From the NCBI GenBank assembly GCA_947253155.1, contig CAMXYK010000005.1, forward strand, positions 472-64,471: a DNA stretch of 64,000 nt. The letters are read 5' to 3'. This document shows, piece after piece, positions 46,363-59,000 of the stretch. Source of the DNA: an uncultured Bifidobacteriaceae bacterium. Lineage in GTDB: Bacteria; Actinomycetota; Actinomycetes; Actinomycetales; Bifidobacteriaceae. The notes under the pieces were generated by a model that saw only the letters and a program-made list of their open reading frames with translations, did not search any database and was not told the DNA's origin. Position numbers and translations under genes: made by a program. Positions within the stretch are counted from its first letter, which is position 1; every line of letters starts with the position of its first letter.

Positions 46363-47823
46363 ATGGTAGATAGCGAGGGGACTGCTACTCATGATGTGCT
46401 TTTGAGTCATTCCGACGTGCTTCTTGACAACACGTCATCAAGAGAACAGCACGATGAGGCTTGGCAGGAGCGCGAATCAAGAAACGCTTTAAAGCGTGTT
46501 GCAGGTCTTGGCGAATTACAAGATGTTACTGAAGTTGAATACAGAAAACTTCGCCTTGAACGCGTTGTTTTAGTAGGCGTATGGTCGAGTGCAAAAGGAA
46601 CTCTTGCACAAGCGGAAGAATCTTTGCGAGAGCTTGCAGCATTAGCTCAAACAGCTGGAGCTGTTGTGTGCGACGGCATATTGCAACAGCGTTATAGGCC
46701 AGATGCTGCAACTTATGTTGGTTCTGGAAAAGCTCGTGAGATTGCAGCAGTTGTTGCCCAGCATGATGCAGACACGATTATTGTTGACGACGATTTGCCT
46801 CCAAGCCAAAGACGCGCTTTAGAAGATGCAACTAAAGTTAAGGTTGTTGATAGAACTGCCGTGATTCTAGACATTTTCGCTCAGCATGCTACGAGCCGCG
46901 AAGGTAAAGCTCAAGTTGAGCTTGCGCAATTGCAATACATGCTTCCTAGACTTAGAGGCTGGGGTGCGGCTCTTTCTAGGCAGGCTGGCGGACGAGCTGC
47001 AGGAGAAGCTGGTATTGGTTCTAGAGGACCTGGTGAAACAAAAATAGAAATGGATCGTCGAGCTATTCGCAATCGTATTTCTAAACTTCGCCACGATATT
47101 GCGCATATGGCACCTGCGCGTGACGTAAAACGTGAATCTCGCAGACGTAAAGATATTCCAACAGTTGCAGTAGTTGGCTATACGAACGCTGGTAAATCTT
47201 CTATTATTAATTGCTTAACTGGTTCGCAAGAATTAGTAGAAAATGCGTTATTCGCAACTCTTGATACAGCAGTTCGTAGAGCGCAAACTCAAGACGGCAG
47301 AAACTATACTTTAGTTGACACTGTTGGATTTGTGCGCAGGCTACCAACTCAACTTGTGGAAGCTTTTAAATCTACTCTGGAAGAAGTTAGCCAAGCTGAT
47401 GTTATTCTGCACGTAGTTGACGGTTCTCACCCGGATCCTATTTCGCAAATTGATGCAGTAAACGAAGTTCTTTCAAAAATTGATGGCGTAGAAGATATTC
47501 CACAAATTATTGCATTAAATAAGTCAGATATGATGAGCGATGCTACGCGAGAACATTTTAACGCTATTTACCCAGATGCAATTATTGTTTCTGCAGCAAG
47601 TGGCGAAAATATTCAAATACTTCGCGATTGCATAGAAGAATTGTTGCCATCTCCACGCGTACACATAGATGCGATTATTCCCTATAGTGAAGGTTCGCTT
47701 CTTTCAAAAATTCGCGAAAATGGCATAGTTGAAAAGTTTGATTACTTAGATACCGGTATTAGTATTACAGCTTTAGTTGGTCCTTCTTTAGCTGCAAAAC
47801 TAAAGCAAGTCGCATTGCAATAA
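46363..47823 (+). CDS. hflX: GTPase HflX
   Basis: ILDIFAQHA, GPGETKIE.DRR, GYTNAGKS, LFATLD, DTVG, NKSD. Confidence 0.95.
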   Translation: MVDSEGTATHDVLLSHSDVLLDNTSSREQHDEAWQERESRNALKRVAGLGELQDVTEVEYRKLRLERVVLVGVWSSAKGTLAQAEESLRELAALAQTAGAVVCDGILQQRYRPDAATYVGSGKAREIAAVVAQHDADTIIVDDDLPPSQRRALEDATKVKVVDRTAVILDIFAQHATSREGKAQVELAQLQYMLPRLRGWGAALSRQAGGRAAGEAGIGSRGPGETKIEMDRRAIRNRISKLRHDIAHMAPARDVKRESRRRKDIPTVAVVGYTNAGKSSIINCLTGSQELVENALFATLDTAVRRAQTQDGRNYTLVDTVGFVRRLPTQLVEAFKSTLEEVSQADVILHVVDGSHPDPISQIDAVNEVLSKIDGVEDIPQIIALNKSDMMSDATREHFNAIYPDAIIVSAASGENIQILRDCIEELLPSPRVHIDAIIPYSEGSLLSKIRENGIVEKFDYLDTGISITALVGPSLAAKLKQVALQ

Positions 47824-47940
47824 AAAATTCCGGTGGTGCGATTAGAGTAAAGGTGTTCATACCAACAAGCTCTTAATATAAGAGCAGCCCTTAAATTACA
47901 TAAACGGCGTATTTTTTGTGCGCTTATAAGGGATTAATAA

Positions 47941-48927
<987 letters not shown>

Positions 48928-48978
48928 TTTTGTAAATTATTCCTTCTTATAGAAGCATAATTTCATATTGAAGTAACT

Positions 48979-49021
48979 AAACCGCTTCTTCACAATACTG
49001 TGAGGGAGCGGTTTTGTTTTT
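48979..49021 (+). terminator. ldh terminator
   Basis: AAACCGCTTCTTCACA..TGTGAGGGAGCGGTTTTGTTTT. Confidence 0.85.
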
Positions 49022-49074
49022 GAGAACAACATGCCTCGTAATATTTTTCTCTGAGTTCGATATATGATTGCTAT

Positions 49075-50559
49075 ATGGCTGATTTTTCTCATATTCTTGC
49101 AACTCGACCTGATTTTAACGATAGTGATCGCGAATGGTTACATCACTTAGTTGCTGATTGGCAAGTTATTGCCGATTTAAGTTTTGCTGATTTGCTACTT
49201 GTGATTCAAAATGGCGATGGGGAATATGTTGTTGCTGAACAGTGCCGTCCTTCAACAGCTATTACGATACGTACAGATGATTTATTGGGCAAAAAATTAG
49301 ATGATTCTCTAGTTCCAGAGCTTGATGAAGCGATGAAGTCAGAAACAAGCTTCCATTCTTCAACTTTGCGCTCAATCGGCAGAGCAACTGTATGCTACGT
49401 TTACGCACCAATCAGGCATCGTGGTAAAACACTCGGACTTGTTATGCGCGAAACTAATTTAGCAACTCGCGAGTCAAATGGCCGTTATGAAATGGAAAGC
49501 ATTAATGCTGGAAAAACCTTGTTCGATATGATTCCTCGCGAACAATTCCCGTATCGTGAATCAGTGCTAAATCAGCGTCATAATGCTCGCGTTTCGGACG
49601 GTTTTATTGTGCTAGAAGCGGATGGTATTGTTCGTTACGCTTCTCCTAATGCAATTAGCTGTTTCCGTCGTTTAGGCGGCTTAGATACAATGCAAGGTGA
49701 GTATTTAAGCGAATTTGGCACACGTTTATTGCACACTAACGATAATGTTCCAGAAAGTTTGCCGCTTGTTTTAACAGGCAAGGCAGATGTGGATTGCGAA
49801 TTGGAAGCAAATCGTTCAATAGTTTCTATGCGATCTTTGCCATTGTGGGGACCAAATAATCGCGTTGGTGCAGTAGTTTTATGCCGAGACGTTACAGAAG
49901 TACTTCGTAGAGAGCAAGAATTACGTACTAAAAATGCTACTATTTCCGAAATTCACCATCGTGTAAAGAATAATTTGCAAGCTGTTTCTGCTTTACTTCG
50001 CTTACAAGCTCGTAAAACTAAATCTGCTGAGGTTAGAAAAGAGCTGGAAGAGGCACAGCGAAGAGTTCAAACTATTGCGTTAGTTCATGAAGGATTAAGC
50101 CAGACTGCTGACGAAATAGTTGATTTTGATAAAGTTATTTCAAGCTTATTGAAGATGTCTATTGAGCTTGCTTCGCAAAATCAGAATATTGATATTGATT
50201 TTGTTGGAAAGTTTGGGCGTCTTGCTGCTCAAGATGCTACTCCGTTATCTTTAGTGTTGACGGAATTAGTAACGAATGCAGTTGAACATGGTTTTGAAGG
50301 TCGCGAAAGTGGCCATATTCGCATTGCTGTTGGCAGAGGCGGAGACAATCTGAATATTGTTGTTGAAGACGACGGTGATGGAATTGATAGCGAAGCATCA
50401 CACGGCATGGCAAAATCGTCTGGCTCTGGTCTTGGAACGCAACTTATCAATACGTTTGTTACTAACGACTTTGGTGGCACAGTGCGTTGGTCGCCTCGTC
50501 GCGAAGGTGGAACACGCGTTGTGCTGGATATTAAATTGCGCGTATCTGGTATTGAGTAA
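49075..50559 (+). CDS. Cytoplasmic sensor histidine kinase, PdtaS-like
   Basis: WQVIADLSFADL N-domain, EIHHRVKNNLQ H-box, ELVTNAVEH, DDGDG, GLG; next to whiB1-like gene. Confidence 0.88.
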   Translation: MADFSHILATRPDFNDSDREWLHHLVADWQVIADLSFADLLLVIQNGDGEYVVAEQCRPSTAITIRTDDLLGKKLDDSLVPELDEAMKSETSFHSSTLRSIGRATVCYVYAPIRHRGKTLGLVMRETNLATRESNGRYEMESINAGKTLFDMIPREQFPYRESVLNQRHNARVSDGFIVLEADGIVRYASPNAISCFRRLGGLDTMQGEYLSEFGTRLLHTNDNVPESLPLVLTGKADVDCELEANRSIVSMRSLPLWGPNNRVGAVVLCRDVTEVLRREQELRTKNATISEIHHRVKNNLQAVSALLRLQARKTKSAEVRKELEEAQRRVQTIALVHEGLSQTADEIVDFDKVISSLLKMSIELASQNQNIDIDFVGKFGRLAAQDATPLSLVLTELVTNAVEHGFEGRESGHIRIAVGRGGDNLNIVVEDDGDGIDSEASHGMAKSSGSGLGTQLINTFVTNDFGGTVRWSPRREGGTRVVLDIKLRVSGIE

Positions 50560-50576
50560 AAGTTACTAGAAGCTCG

Positions 50577-50849
50577 CTAGAACGACGTATCTTGGTTTCT
50601 GCGTGCGCGCAACGCTCTGCGTTTTAGTGTCCGTCGCTCGTCTTCGCTTAAACCGCCCCATACGCCGTAATCTTGGTTTGTTTCCAAAGCGCATTTTAAG
50701 CACTCTGTTACTACATTGCACGAACGGCATACGGCTTTTGCTTCTTCAAGTTGCGCAATTGAAGTATTGGCACTGCCAATAGGAAAGAACAGTTCAGGAT
50801 CTTTGTCGCTGCATGCGGCTGTCGTTCTCCAATCAAACGAGTTGCTCAT
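50577..50849 (-). CDS. WhiB-family Fe-S regulator (WhiB1/WblE-like)
   Basis: Four Cys, DPELFFP, GVWGGLSEDERR. Confidence 0.9.
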   Translation of the reverse strand: MSNSFDWRTTAACSDKDPELFFPIGSANTSIAQLEEAKAVCRSCNVVTECLKCALETNQDYGVWGGLSEDERRTLKRRALRARRNQDTSF

Positions 50850-50976
50850 GAATTAATCCTCATTCCTTACCTATGATCTTCGGTACTAGAAATACCCCCT
50901 GAATGTAAGGAAAGCATGAATAAGCATTTTTTTCAAGCTGTTTTTAAATCTTTATTAGAAATTTTAATTTTTTCTA

Positions 50977-52896
50977 TTAATTTTGAATCACTACTTGTAC
51001 TAAATTTGCTTTTCCAGGAGTAATTAAAACACATCGACCGGGAAGTTGATAATCTTGAGTGTCAAAAGTTTTAGACATTGAAGATGGTATGCCAAGAATT
51101 GCGTCAGTTCCAACATCTCCTGTTGGGAAAATTATTCTAACTGGCGCTTGTTCCGGAATGCGCAGATGGCGAGCAGAATGAGTGCTGAAAATAATCGGAG
51201 CATTTTTATTTAACAATCTTTCTTGGAATGCAATAGCTTCTGGTTGATTGTTTAATGGATCAAGAAGTTCATCGGCGTCATCAATAAGAAATGGAGTTTC
51301 AATATTCCTCATATTTTGCACGTTTTGAGATGACATTGTTGCTCCATAAATTGGTAATAGTAAAGCTTTTGATATTATGCGCAATATTGTGCTTTTTCCT
51401 TGCTTTCGTCCGCCAATAATCGCAATATTTCCTAAATGAAGCGGTAATAATGCTGGCAATAAGCGGATGCTATCATCTTTTAAACCAATAACAATAGGCT
51501 TAATTGAATTATCGGTAATATGCAAGTTTTTCGTAAGGTTTTGTGACGAAGCATATTCATAATTTTCGTTGTTATACCGATTCATCTCTTCTAAAGAAAG
51601 TATTGATGGCAATGGTGCACTAAATAATTCTGGCGAATACTCATGGTGTAAGAATTTTCCAGCCAATTGTATTGCACGCACTAAGCGTCGTGGATTCTTA
51701 CTTTGAGCGCATCGCAATGCTGCAACCCCTTCTCCAAGATTATAGTATGCGCTTCCAGGAGTGTGTGGGCTTATTTTAGAAGCGTGGGAAGTGCCTAATA
51801 ATTCTTGAGACTGTAAGCCGTCTCTTACTCTTAAGCAAATATTAATTGATATATTTGCTTTCATATCTGCACTTACTTGTCCTAGTGGATTTTGTGTTCC
51901 CGCAATAATATGCATTCCAAGAGATCTACCAACAGAAGCTATTCGTATAAGACGAGGCATGTAATCAGGAAGCTGATTTTTTAATGCGTGAAATTCGTCA
52001 ATAACAATAAGCAATGAAGGTTCTGCTGGTGTAACTTGAGATATATTATGGCATCCTTGCTGTGCGACTAGTCGTTCTCGTCTATCTAATTCCAGTTCGA
52101 GCCCTCGTAAAGCTCGTATTGCGTGTTTTAAGTTTAAGTCTCCTACATTTCCCATAGTGTGTGGAAGTTTAGATAGCATATCGAAAGTTGCTCCGCCCTT
52201 AAAATCCATAAAAACAAAACGTAACTCTTGTGGAGAATATTGAAAAGCTAAAGACAGGCACCAAGTTGTTAATAATACTGATTTTCCAGACCCGGTTGTT
52301 CCTGCAACTAAAGCATGCGGACCATTATTTACTAAATCAATATAGCAATATCCGTTATTGCTTACGCCTAGTGGGGAAATAAGATGTTTTTGGCAAATAT
52401 TAGATGTTGAACAATTGCTCATGCTTTTGTTAGTTGTTTCTGCAGTATTTTTAGTAAAATCGTAAGTCGTATTTTTTAACCATTCGTGCAACACCAATTT
52501 CCAAGGTGGTTTTGTGCTGAAGGCTGTGTCTCGCTGCATCAACAATGTTTCTAAGCTAACTGGCGTAAGAGTATCTGGCAAACTTTCAACAATTTGTTGA
52601 TTATATAGCAAATTGTTAGCATTTTGATTGCTTTGTAAAGCTTTATTGCTTGCCTCGCGCTCCTGCTGCGTTTTTTGTTCTTCACGCTGAGCTATATATT
52701 GCACTATTTGCGGCACCAAACTTGCGACGTACATCATAATGCTAGGTATAATCATGGCAAGCATCATCCAGTTTTTCTGCATCCAAGCCATTATTACTAA
52801 TGCAATATGAGCAAATATTGGTACAATACTTGCTGCCATTTGCACGCACATAAGCATTTTAGTAGTGTTTATTGCTTTGTTAGATTCCTCGCTCAT
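50977..52896 (-). CDS. FtsK/SpoIIIE-domain membrane ATPase (EccC-like fold)
   Basis: Two TM helices; GPHALVAGTTGSGKS, DFKGG, IDEF, GRSLGMH; degenerate second Walker A GGRKQGKS. Confidence 0.8.
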   Translation of the reverse strand: MSEESNKAINTTKMLMCVQMAASIVPIFAHIALVIMAWMQKNWMMLAMIIPSIMMYVASLVPQIVQYIAQREEQKTQQEREASNKALQSNQNANNLLYNQQIVESLPDTLTPVSLETLLMQRDTAFSTKPPWKLVLHEWLKNTTYDFTKNTAETTNKSMSNCSTSNICQKHLISPLGVSNNGYCYIDLVNNGPHALVAGTTGSGKSVLLTTWCLSLAFQYSPQELRFVFMDFKGGATFDMLSKLPHTMGNVGDLNLKHAIRALRGLELELDRRERLVAQQGCHNISQVTPAEPSLLIVIDEFHALKNQLPDYMPRLIRIASVGRSLGMHIIAGTQNPLGQVSADMKANISINICLRVRDGLQSQELLGTSHASKISPHTPGSAYYNLGEGVAALRCAQSKNPRRLVRAIQLAGKFLHHEYSPELFSAPLPSILSLEEMNRYNNENYEYASSQNLTKNLHITDNSIKPIVIGLKDDSIRLLPALLPLHLGNIAIIGGRKQGKSTILRIISKALLLPIYGATMSSQNVQNMRNIETPFLIDDADELLDPLNNQPEAIAFQERLLNKNAPIIFSTHSARHLRIPEQAPVRIIFPTGDVGTDAILGIPSSMSKTFDTQDYQLPGRCVLITPGKANLVQVVIQN

Positions 52897-52963
52897 AGTC
52901 TAAGATTGCAGCTTTGCAAATCATATTTCAATAATTTGTGTGCCTTGTGGATAAAAGGTAAAT

Positions 52964-54262
52964 TTATTTAGTGAGTTCTGCTAGAGGTCCAACAGTTCCT
53001 GGCTGATGAGTTCCAGATGCTAATTCATTAAATAATTCAGTATTTTTAACATCGTCAAGAAGAACAGAAGATCCGATTCCTTGTACTCTATAATCAGGAT
53101 TTGTCCAATATACGGTTCCTGTTATTCCTTTAGGTCCGGTTGCATCCTTAAAAGCTTGAGCCATTTGCCACAATGTTCCAGGATTAGATTTTTCGTCAAG
53201 AAGAACAGACGCCAGCCCAGTTTCTGCAAGCTTTTTTGCTTTTCCAAAATTAGTAAGAGTTTTGTGATCTAAAGCTTTTTTCATAATAGCTGCAATAACC
53301 ATTCGCTGGCGTGCAGCTCGTCCAAAGTCAGATTGCGGATCAGCATAGCGCATGCGCGAAAAAGCAAGTGCCGTGGCTCCATCAACATGATGACATCCTG
53401 CAGTCCAGTTTAAGCCACTAAACCTATCGCTTACAGTGCGGTTATAGCATAAATCAATACCATCAAGTGCATTAACTACGTTTGTTAAACCGTCAAAACG
53501 TATTTCGGCAACATGATCAATTCTGTGCCCAGTAATAGTTTCAACTGTTGACGTAAGAGCTTTGTTTCCAGCGTATTGCGCAACAGCATTTATTTTCATT
53601 TGTTTTCCGTTTAGTGACACTAAAGAGTCTCGAGGAATAGAAATAAGCGAACTATTTCCGTTATTTGGTTTAGTTAAAACAAGAATAGTGTCGGTTCTAA
53701 ATCCTGTGATTTCCTTAGCTTCTGCACCTTCGCGCTGATCGGAGCCTAATATAAGCCACGCTGTTCCTTGCGTGCTAGGAGTGTTCGTAAGCCATTGTGT
53801 GCGATTAATATGAGAGTCAACCCAATTCCACGAATATGCTCCTATTGCAACGCACGCTATTGCTAATACTGCAATAACAGCGAAAAATGCGTGCAAAAAG
53901 CGGTGTGGGTGAAGTGGCGATTTAAAAGAATTGCTATTGAAACCAGCATCAAATGATTGATTGCTTAAATATGAAGCATTATTTACTTGATTTAATTGAG
54001 CTGGATTATTGTATGGAGCATAGTTAGCAACCTTAATAATTTTAGGCTCAGACGACTTAATATTACGAATTCTATTTGCTGCAGGAGCGAATGATGGTGC
54101 TTGATTCGGATTTGCATCGTTATTTGACTGTTTTACTTGTTTCGTTCTGCTTGGAGTAAAACTTGGGGGAACAGTGTAAGGAGCTGAATTCGCATTGCGC
54201 GAAGGAGTGAAGATTGGCGGGTTTTCGTCATCATAATCATCCTTGTGCAATTGCGAATTCAT
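52964..54262 (-). CDS. LCP (LytR-CpsA-Psr) family protein
   Basis: LGSD, RTDTI, SIPRDS, ALAFSRMR, DFGRAARQ; GGAGG RBS. Confidence 0.9.
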   Translation of the reverse strand: MNSQLHKDDYDDENPPIFTPSRNANSAPYTVPPSFTPSRTKQVKQSNNDANPNQAPSFAPAANRIRNIKSSEPKIIKVANYAPYNNPAQLNQVNNASYLSNQSFDAGFNSNSFKSPLHPHRFLHAFFAVIAVLAIACVAIGAYSWNWVDSHINRTQWLTNTPSTQGTAWLILGSDQREGAEAKEITGFRTDTILVLTKPNNGNSSLISIPRDSLVSLNGKQMKINAVAQYAGNKALTSTVETITGHRIDHVAEIRFDGLTNVVNALDGIDLCYNRTVSDRFSGLNWTAGCHHVDGATALAFSRMRYADPQSDFGRAARQRMVIAAIMKKALDHKTLTNFGKAKKLAETGLASVLLDEKSNPGTLWQMAQAFKDATGPKGITGTVYWTNPDYRVQGIGSSVLLDDVKNTELFNELASGTHQPGTVGPLAELTK

Positions 54263-54378
54263 GCATCCTCCAAATGCGTTCAGCATCAATATAGTTTTAT
54301 TGTTGATTATTTCAATCGTTTATAAAACTATTTTCCAGCGTATCCTAGTAAGCGAAATATATTATTTTTTACATTAGC

Positions 54379-55797
54379 TTATTTACTTTTCGGAACAGCG
54401 CATAACACGTCATTCACATAACGATCAGCAATACCAACATATTGACCGGTTTGTGGATCGTGAATTGTGCCGTTCTTAGGATTAACGATTCCTCCAGTAT
54501 TTGGATCAATAAGCCTTCCTTGAGGTGTCTTTATTAATCCTGTTTTTGGATCCACAGTTCCCGTATTCTTATTTTGTGAAGGAAGACGATTAAGTTTTTC
54601 GTTCTCGCTTATATCTTCATCATCAGAATCGTCTTTTTTATTCTTATTAGACGATTTCTTGTTTTTATTATTCGTATCTTTTGGCTTTAATGACAATGGC
54701 TTATTTTTACGCATCTTATCCCATATGTTGTCTGCTTCATCGGACCAAACAACCCTATTCGGATTAGCCTTGTCTGGAACAACAGGAATAGTACGAGCAT
54801 AAATATTGGAAGTGTTTATTTTGCGCATGCTTAATGCAAGACCAACTAATGTGCTTACATCTGCCATGCCTTCGCTGATATTAAGAGATTTAAGCGCAGA
54901 TTTAGCAAGCTGATATAGTTCAGGAGTTTGCGTAAACAAGTTTTTAGATAAAGCTTGATGCACAAGTTGCTTAATTAAGTATTGTTGCCTTGTGGTTCGC
55001 ATAATGTCTGAACCATCGCTTGCTGTATCGTGACGCATTCTTGCATATTGAGTTGCAAGTCGTCCATCTAAATGCTGCATGCCTTGCTTAAAGTTGACTC
55101 CCGTATACCTATCGCGAGTCTCAACTGGAATGCACAACGAAACGCCACCAATAGCGTCAATCATATTACTTAAGCCGCTAAAATCTGTAACAATAAAGTG
55201 TTGAATGTTTAATCCAGTAAGATAATTTACAGCTTTTAATGAGCATGATGCTGCTGAAGCTAAATCTCCGCCGCGTGAGTATCCGTTAGCAAAAATAGAA
55301 TTAAACATTACATGCTTGCGAGCTGGAATAATACCTTTTGAAGTTTCGCATGATGGAGCATTAACCATAGAATCTCTAGGAATAGAAACTATATTCATAA
55401 AGGATCGGTCGGCGCTAATCTGCACAATCATTGTTGTGTCGGATTGATGATCACCTATTTCTTTATCGTGTGTGAAGCTTCTATTATTTCCGTCGCGTGA
55501 ATCTTGTCCAAGAACTAGGAAAGTTACAGGTTTCCCTTCATTTGCATCAAGAGTTTGAGTAGCTTGTTTGTCTTGAGATATTACATTTACAACACGATTC
55601 TTTACGGTTGAAGAAAAGTCTATCCATACAGCAGCAATAATAGTTGAAAAGAAGGTAATAACTGAAATGATGAGTATACACAGTATCTTGCGTGCGTGGT
55701 TAGTCATGCGATAACCAAGGCTGTGATGCGGAGTGTTTGAATTCCAATCTTCGTCTGATTGGTACCGCATGCCTTCAGGATACCGTGAAGTTACCAT
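54379..55797 (-). CDS. LCP family protein
   Basis: LGQDSR, SDTTM, SIPRDS, YARMR, SDIMRTTRQQ; C-terminal DPxTG repeats; GAAGG RBS. Confidence 0.9.
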   Translation of the reverse strand: MVTSRYPEGMRYQSDEDWNSNTPHHSLGYRMTNHARKILCILIISVITFFSTIIAAVWIDFSSTVKNRVVNVISQDKQATQTLDANEGKPVTFLVLGQDSRDGNNRSFTHDKEIGDHQSDTTMIVQISADRSFMNIVSIPRDSMVNAPSCETSKGIIPARKHVMFNSIFANGYSRGGDLASAASCSLKAVNYLTGLNIQHFIVTDFSGLSNMIDAIGGVSLCIPVETRDRYTGVNFKQGMQHLDGRLATQYARMRHDTASDGSDIMRTTRQQYLIKQLVHQALSKNLFTQTPELYQLAKSALKSLNISEGMADVSTLVGLALSMRKINTSNIYARTIPVVPDKANPNRVVWSDEADNIWDKMRKNKPLSLKPKDTNNKNKKSSNKNKKDDSDDEDISENEKLNRLPSQNKNTGTVDPKTGLIKTPQGRLIDPNTGGIVNPKNGTIHDPQTGQYVGIADRYVNDVLCAVPKSK

Positions 55798-56040
55798 CGT
55801 ACCTTCTTTCACAATAGGGCGTATATTCTTTTTTGCTTCTATTTTAGCTTTGTTTTTATTAGTGATCATGCGGAATAATACTAACATCCGAAAGAACACA
55901 TATAAGCAGCCAGTATAGTACGTGCCGTTGAGATTTAGACATGCTTTTTACCTAAAATATATATTAAAAATTTATTAAAAATTTATTAAAAAACTATCTG
56001 TGTTGTGCTGGATACCTACCCCATGCGTAAACTGGTAGTT

Positions 56041-59000
56041 ATGGATTCAATAATCGCTCATACTAATGCCTTTGAAGACGAAGTTTTAAAAGTGCTTTCT
56101 ACTGCGAAAACAGCACGCCCTCATGAAGTAGATTCTTCAATTATGGCAATGATGTGTGTAGAGCGAGATACGCGCTTTTATCAAGACACTTTAAAAGCAG
56201 TTTTAAGCCAAACTGTTTTCCCTGGAACTTTGGTTATTGTTGATTGTGCAAATCGTGTGAAGCAAACTATGCAAACTACTGTGGGAATACAGCTTGATTC
56301 CATGGCTTTTACGAACATGGTTACTTCTAATTCAGCAATAGCTCGTAATGCAGTATTATCTTATAAAAATAATATTGAAGCTAATAACAGTGTTGAAAAT
56401 AGTGACGCAAAATATAGGTCAAATGTTAGCTACAATAACGGCATTGAACACAAAACAATGCGCGTAATTATTATTCCTGTTTCTTCAGCACATTCGTTTG
56501 GTGACGCAATTGAGAAGTCTTTGCGAAAGTTATTACCATGCGCTGGAGTGTCCGCATTGTGGCTTTTGCATGATGATTCTCGTCCTCAAGATGCGCATTG
56601 CTTAGAAGCGTTGTGTGAAACTTGGCATAATAATCCAACAGCATCTGTAATGGGCGCTAAGCAAGTGGATTGGGATGGAAAAGTCCTTCATAATGTTGGC
56701 ATGTACGCATGGCATCACACTGTTCACACTCTTACAGTTGATGGCGAACCTGACCAAGAGCAGTATGATGGCCGCGGCGATGTGTATGCAGTTTCGTTGG
56801 CTGGAGCGTTAGTCACATTAACAGCATGGCAGACTTTGCGCGGAACTCAGCCTTGGATGACAACTTTTGGTGAGTCAAGAGATTTTTGTCGTAGAGTATG
56901 TCTTTCGGGTGGGCGAGTAGTAGTTGTGCCTTCTGCTCGTATTGCTCACAGAAGAGCAAGATTGGAAGGACTTCGTACTCGAAGCGGAGAAGCGAGAACT
57001 TCTGAAAAATCTGGTATTAGTAACGGAATTGGATATTCTTTAATAGCAAATCAGCGTTACAAATACACTGATGCTCGAATGTTTTTATGGCCTTTAATTT
57101 GGCTTTGCAGTCTGCCAGTATCCTTGGTAGGAGCATTATATTCGCTTTTTGCGAAGCATCCTTATGTTGCTTGGATTAGGCTGATACTTCCTTGGCTTGC
57201 TATTATGCAGTTGCCTCGTGCAGTATTTGCTCGTCGTAGAGTTGCAAGAAATACTCGAGTTTCGTTAAAAAGACTTACGTCTTTGGTTGCAGATCGACAT
57301 CAAGTTGCTAGATGGAAAGACAGAAATGTAGCTTTTAAAGTCCAGCAGCACTGTGTATTGTTAAGTCCTTTAGCAAGACGTCATTTGCATATTCGTGTTT
57401 TGCGTAGGTGGAGTGCTGTTATTCTTGCATCTATGCTGCTTTTTGCAGTTATATTGCATTTATACGGTGCTCCGTGGCGTGATGTTTTAGGTGGAGCGTC
57501 TTGGTATGCGCAAGAATGGTTGCCAACAGGCGCTAATTTCCATCAGCTTTTTAATGCTGCAATTGGTTCTTGGATTCCTGACGATGGTTTTGGCCCTGCG
57601 CTTCCTCCTTCTCCTTGGCTAAGTGTGTGGGCATTAGCTTCGTTAATTGTTGGAGCAAACCCGTTGCTATCAATCACTCTTATGTTCTTCTTAGCAGCTC
57701 CTGCTATGTGTTTAAGTTTTTGGGCGCTTGCGGGCGTATTTACACGTTCTGATACTGTGCGCGTTTGCACAGGAATTTGCTGGACTATGATTGCAATAGC
57801 TTTCGGCTTATTTGCGCGTGGTGATTTGCCAATGCTGATGACTATGGTATTTTTGCCTGCCGCTTTTGCTTTTTCATTCCATGCTGTTGGCATGTATGTA
57901 ACGGAAGATCCAGTCCGTCCTGTTTCTTCTATTCAGTGCGCTGCATGTGCTGCTCTTTGTTTTATGGTTCCAGTTGCTGCAGAACCTCAGCTTATATTTC
58001 CTCTTGTTGTGATTTTTGTTGCATCCTTTATTATGGTGCGTTCGCATAGGCTTATGTTTTTGCTTGTGCCGATTCCATCAATTATTGTTTTGTTGCCAAC
58101 AATAGGTAGTGCAATACGTTACGGTTCTTCGGGAATGTGGCGTCAACTGTTCTCTAGCATGGCTTTGCCTTTGAGAAGTGTGCAAGGAGCTCCTAGAGCT
58201 CAAGGTTATATTGACGTTCTTTTAAACGCTTTGAATATGAGTTCCCCTCATGTTGCTGTTAATATGCCATTGCTTAGTTTAAGAACAATAATTATGGTGA
58301 TTTTTGCAGTTCTTGCATGCTTTATGGCAGTTGCAGCATTAGTTTTGCCATTCGCTTTACGTGTTTCTCGCATGATGTGGGTTGTTATTATTAGCGGAAT
58401 GGTTTTATCGCTAGTTTCAGCGCGTATTGTAATTGCTGCGGATACTACCGGTCCGGTTGCTGCTAGTGTTTTGCCAGGTGTGGCATTATCTACGGTAGGT
58501 GTTTTGGCATGTATGTGCATGGTAGCAGGTCAGGCTGTGCGTCGATTTGAGCCTTTGCGCGTTACGAAAAAACCAGAATCTGTGCCTGCTGAAGGTTATA
58601 AAACGAGAACTGATAAGCGTGCTGCAATGCGTCGTTCTGCAGCAAAACTTTTGCAACATATAATTCGTATTGCAAGAGCTGTTCTTGCTAGTGGCATGTT
58701 AGCGATGGCTATACTTCTTGGTCTTTTTGCAGTATTAAGCGGACCGGCAACATCGATTGCTGCAAGTAATAGCGGTCTTCCAATGGTTGTTACTGATTAT
58801 TTAAATAAAGATGATATGCATAGAGTTCTTGCTCTTAGAGCTAGTAGCAACCATGATCTAGAAATTGCAGTAATGCGTACTGCTAGGGGAGATGCTATTG
58901 ACGAGTCTCCTGCTTTACGAGTTAGAAAAGTCATGTTTGGTGATTCTCAAAGCTCTAAAGCTTTGTCTCTCTCAGCTTCTAAGTTGCTATCTCATGCAGA

